In this document: positions 59,901 through 64,000 of the stretch, piece after piece
How positions within the stretch are numbered: position 1 is the first letter of the stretch
Layout: every line of letters starts with the position of its first letter
From: Lingula anatina
Taxonomy: Eukaryota > Animalia > Brachiopoda
Assembly: GCA_051362555.1 (NCBI GenBank)
Contig: CM120644.1
Location: forward strand, 14,198,768-14,262,767
DNA: 64,000 bases
Reading direction: 5' to 3'
Made by a program: the position numbers and the translations under genes
Notes under the pieces: model-generated
What the model saw: the letters and a program-made list of their open reading frames with translations, nothing else
Told to the model about the DNA's origin: nothing
The model's database searches: none

Positions 59901-62900
59901 AATCACCAAAAATCGACCCGTCTCCGATTTTTCCAAAAAGTGACGAAAATCAATCTACCACACCTGTCATTCATAAAAAATGTGGAAACGCGCCCGGGTC
60001 ACTTCATCAAGGCCCCCAATTCTAGCTTTAAAGATGATCCAAAAATAAGCTCTGAGAACAGAATCTGAGAGGGGGGGGGGGGGAGAGACAGAGTTTTTGC
60101 TCTATTTCTTCCTTAATGTTGACACCACCACTCTTCCAGCACTTTATTCTTACTACAAATGACCGAACACACCTACCTGACACTATAAAGAAGAAAAAAA
60201 ATTTTCATCCCTACCTGGCCAAAATTGAAGAAATCTCACAGTGCCGGCACTGTTCAAAATCACTCAAAATCACCAAAAATCGACCCGTCTCCGATTTTTC
60301 CAAAAAGTGACGAAAATCAATCTACCACACCTGTCATTCATAAAAAATGTGGAAACGCGCCCGGGTCACTTCATCAAGGCCCCCAATTCTAGCTTTAAAG
60401 ATGATCCAAAAATAAGCTCTGAGAACAGAATCTGAGAGGGGGGGGGAGAGACAGAGTTTTTGCTCTATTTCTTCCTTAATGTTGACACCACCACTCTTCC
60501 AGCACTTTATTCTTACTACAAATGACCGAACACACCTACCTGACACTATAATGAAGAAAAAAAATTTTCATCCCTACCTGGCCAAAATTGAAGAAATCTC
60601 ACAGTGCCGGCACAGTTCAAAATCACTCAAAATCACCAAAAATCGACCCGTCTCCGATTTTTCCAAAAAGTGACGAAAATCAATCTACCACACCTGTCAT
60701 TCATAAAAAATGTGGAAACGCGCCCGGGTCACTTCATCAAGGCCCCCAATTCTAGCTTTAAAGATGATCCAAAAATAAGCTCTGAGAACAGAATCTGAGA
60801 GGGGGGGGAGAGACAGAGTTTTTGCTCTATTTCTTCCTTAATGTTGACACCACCACTCTTCCAGCACTTTATTCTTACTACAAATGACCGAACACACCTA
60901 CCTGACACTATAATGAAGAAAAAAAATTTTCATCCCTACCTGGCCAAAATTGAAGAAATCTCACAGTGCCGGCACTGTTCAAAATCACTCAAAATCACCA
61001 AAAATCGACCCGTCTCCGATTTTTCCAAAAAGTGACGAAAATCAATCTACCACACCTGTCATTCATAAAAAATGTGGAAACGCGCCCGGGTCACTTCATC
61101 AAGGCCCCCAATTCTAGCTTTAAAGATGATCCAAAAATAAGCTCTGAGAACAGAATCTGAGAGGGGGGGGGGGAGAGACAGAGTTTTTGCTCTATTTCTT
61201 CCTTAATGTTGACACCACCACTCTTCCAGCACTTTATTCTTACTACAAATGACCGAACACACCTACCTGACACTATAATGAAGAAAAAAAATTTTCATCC
61301 CTACCTGGCCAAAATTGAAGAAATCTCACAGTGCCGGCACTGTTCAAAATCACTCAAAATCACCAAAAATCGACCCGTCTCCGATTTTTCCAAAAAGTGA
61401 CGAAAATCAATCTACCACACCTGTCATTCATAAAAAATGTGGAAACGCGCCCGGGTCACTTCATCAAGGCCCCCAATTCTAGCTTTAAAGATGATCCAAA
61501 AATAAGCTCTGAGAACAGAATCTGAGAGGGGGGGGGGGGAGAGACAGAGTTTTTGCTCTATTTCTTCCTTAATGTTGACACCACCACTCTTCCAGCACTT
61601 TATTCTTACTACAAATGACCGAACACACCTACCTGACACTATAATGAAGAAAAAAATTTTCATCCCTACCTGGCCAAAATTGAAGAAATCTCACAGTGCC
61701 GGCACTGTTCAAAATCACTCAAAATCACCAAAAATCGACCCGTCTCCGATTTTTCCAAAAAGTGACGAAAATCAATCTACCACACCTGTCATTCATAAAA
61801 AATGTGGAAACGCGCCCGGGTCACTTCATCAAGGCCCCCAATTCTAGCTTTAAAGATGATCCAAATATAAGCTCTGAGAACAGAATCTGAGAGGGGGGGG
61901 GGGAGAGACAGAGTTTTTGCTCTATTTCTTCCTTAATGTTGACACCACCACTCTTCCAGCACTTTATTCTTACTACAAATGACCGAACACACCTACCTGA
62001 CACTATAATGAAGAAAAAAAAATTTCATCCCTACCTGGCCAAAATTGAAGAAATCTCACAGTGCCGGCACTGTTCAAAATCACTCAAAATCACCAAAAAT
62101 CGACCCGTCTCCGATTTTTCCAAAAAGTGACGAAAATCAATCTACCACACCTGTCATTCATAAAAAATGTGGAAACGCGCCCGGGTCACTTCATCAAGGC
62201 CCCCAATTCTAGCTTTAAAGATGATCCAAAAATAAGCTCTGAGAACAGAATCTGAGAGGGGGGGGGGAGAGACAGAGTTTTTGCTCTATTTCTTCCTTAA
62301 TGTTGACACCACCACTCTTCCAGCACTTTATTCTTACTACAAATGACCGAACACACCTACCTGACACTATAATGAAGAAAAAAATTTTCATCCCTACCTG
62401 GCCAAAATTGAAGAAATCTCACAGTGCCGGCACTGTTCAAAATCACTCAAAATCACCAAAAATCGACCCGTCTCCGATTTTTCCAAAAAGTGACGAAAAT
62501 CAATCTACCACACCTGTCATTCATAAAAAATGTGGAAACGCGCCCGGGTCACTTCATCAAGGCCCCCAATTCTAGCTTTAAAGATGATCCAAAAATAAGC
62601 TCTGAGAACAGAATCTGAGAGGGGGGGGGAGAGACAGAGTTTTTGCTCTATTTCTTCCTTAATGTTGACACCACCACTCTTCCAGCACTTTATTCTTACT
62701 ACAAATGACCGAACACACCTACCTGACACTATAATGAAGAAAAAAAATTTTCATCCCTACCTGGCCAAAATTGAAGAAATCTCACAGTGCCGGCACTGTT
62801 CAAAATCACTCAAAATCACCAAAAATCGACCCGTCTCCGATTTTTCCAAAAAGTGACGAAAATCAATCTACCACACCTGTCATTCATAAAAAATGTGGAA

Positions 62901-64000
62901 ACGCGCCCGGGTCACTTCATCAAGGCCCCCAATTCTAGCTTTAAAGATGATCCAAAAATAAGCTCTGAGAACAGAATCTGAGAGGGGGGGGGGGGGGAGA
63001 GACAGAGTTTTTGCTCTATTTCTTCCTTAATGTTGACACCACCACTCTTCCAGCACTTTATTCTTACTACAAATGACTGAACACACCTACCTGACACTAT
63101 AATGAAGAAAAAAATTTTCATCCCTACCTGGCCAAAATTGAAGAAATCTCACAGTGCCGGCACTGTTCAAAATCACTCAAAATCACCAAAAATCGACCCG
63201 TCTCCGATTTTTCCAAAAAGTGACGAAAATCAATCTACCACACCTGTCATTCATAAAAAATGTGGAAACGCGCCCGGGTCACTTCATCAAGGCCCCCAAT
63301 TCTACCTTTAAAGATGATCCAAAAATAAGCTCTGAGAACAGAATCTGAGAGGGGGGGAGAGACAGAGTTTTTGCTCTATTTCTTCCTTAATGTTGACACC
63401 ACCACTCTTCCAGCACTTTATTCTTACTACAAATGACCGAACACACCTACCTGACACTATAATGAAGAAAAAAAATTTTCATCCCTACCTGGCCAAAAGT
63501 GAAGAAATCTCACAGTGCCGGCACTGTTCAAAATCACTCAAAATCACCAAAAATCGACCCGTCTCCGATTTTTCCAAAAAGTGACGAAAATCAATCTACC
63601 ACACCTGTCATTCATAAAAAATGTGGAAACGCGCCCGGGTCACTTCATCAAGGCCCCCAATTCTAGCTTTAAAGATGATCCAAAAATAAGCTCTGAGAAC
63701 AGAATCTGAGAGGGGGGGGGGGGGGGAGAGACAGAGTTTTTGCTCTATTTCTTCCTTAAAGTTGACACCACCACTCTTCCAGCACTTTATTCTTACTACA
63801 AATGACCGAACACACCTACCTGACACTATAATGAAGAAAAAAAATTTTCATCCCTACCTGGCCAAAATTGAAGAAATCTCACAGTGCCGGCACTGTTCAA
63901 AATCACTCAAAATCACCAAAAATCGACCCGTCTCCGATTTTTCCAAAAAGTGACGAAAATCAATCTACCACACCTGTCATTCATAAAAAATGTGGAAACG
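56982..64000 (+). repeat. ~365-bp satellite DNA array, right arm (~19 monomers, runs off the window)
   Basis: Resumes in exact register (acgtctccgatttttcc) after the 3' LTR. Confidence 0.98.

Noticed and set aside
37676-63953. Dozens of 60-90 aa ORFs (MLTPPLF..., MPALFK..., MSGRCV...)
   Set aside because: They are translations of the satellite monomer in several overlapping frames on both strands, broken by variable homopolymers, with no protein features.
37770-64000. CRISPR-like array or tandem RNA genes (5S, snRNA, tRNA)
   Set aside because: No unique spacers, eukaryotic context, and no recognisable RNA gene or A/B box in the monomer.

Overview
AT-rich animal genomic DNA with spliceosomal introns; a marine invertebrate such as a mollusc is likely, but that is inferred from the repeat types. 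The left part holds the first coding exon of a neurexin (LamG + EGF). Its apparent intron contains two duplicated minus-strand terminal exons (one clearly IFI27/ISG12 family), a complete 4-exon chondroitin GalNAc-transferase-family gene, and many non-autonomous DNA elements (Helentron/HINE-like copies, a 5.6-kb Academ-like foldback, MITEs, a 34-bp minisatellite). From about 37.8 kb to the window end lies a highly homogeneous ~365-bp satellite array. It is interrupted by one young, full-length Gypsy LTR retrotransposon with identical 113-bp LTRs, a 4-bp ACGT target-site duplication, a tRNA-Ser primer site and a -1 gag-pol frameshift signal with a pseudoknot. Main observations: the element sits in a rare satellite variant and may target the satellite; its integrase tail is out of frame across a G8 run; and a single diverged relic of the satellite monomer, split by nested MITEs, lies about 15 kb upstream of the array.
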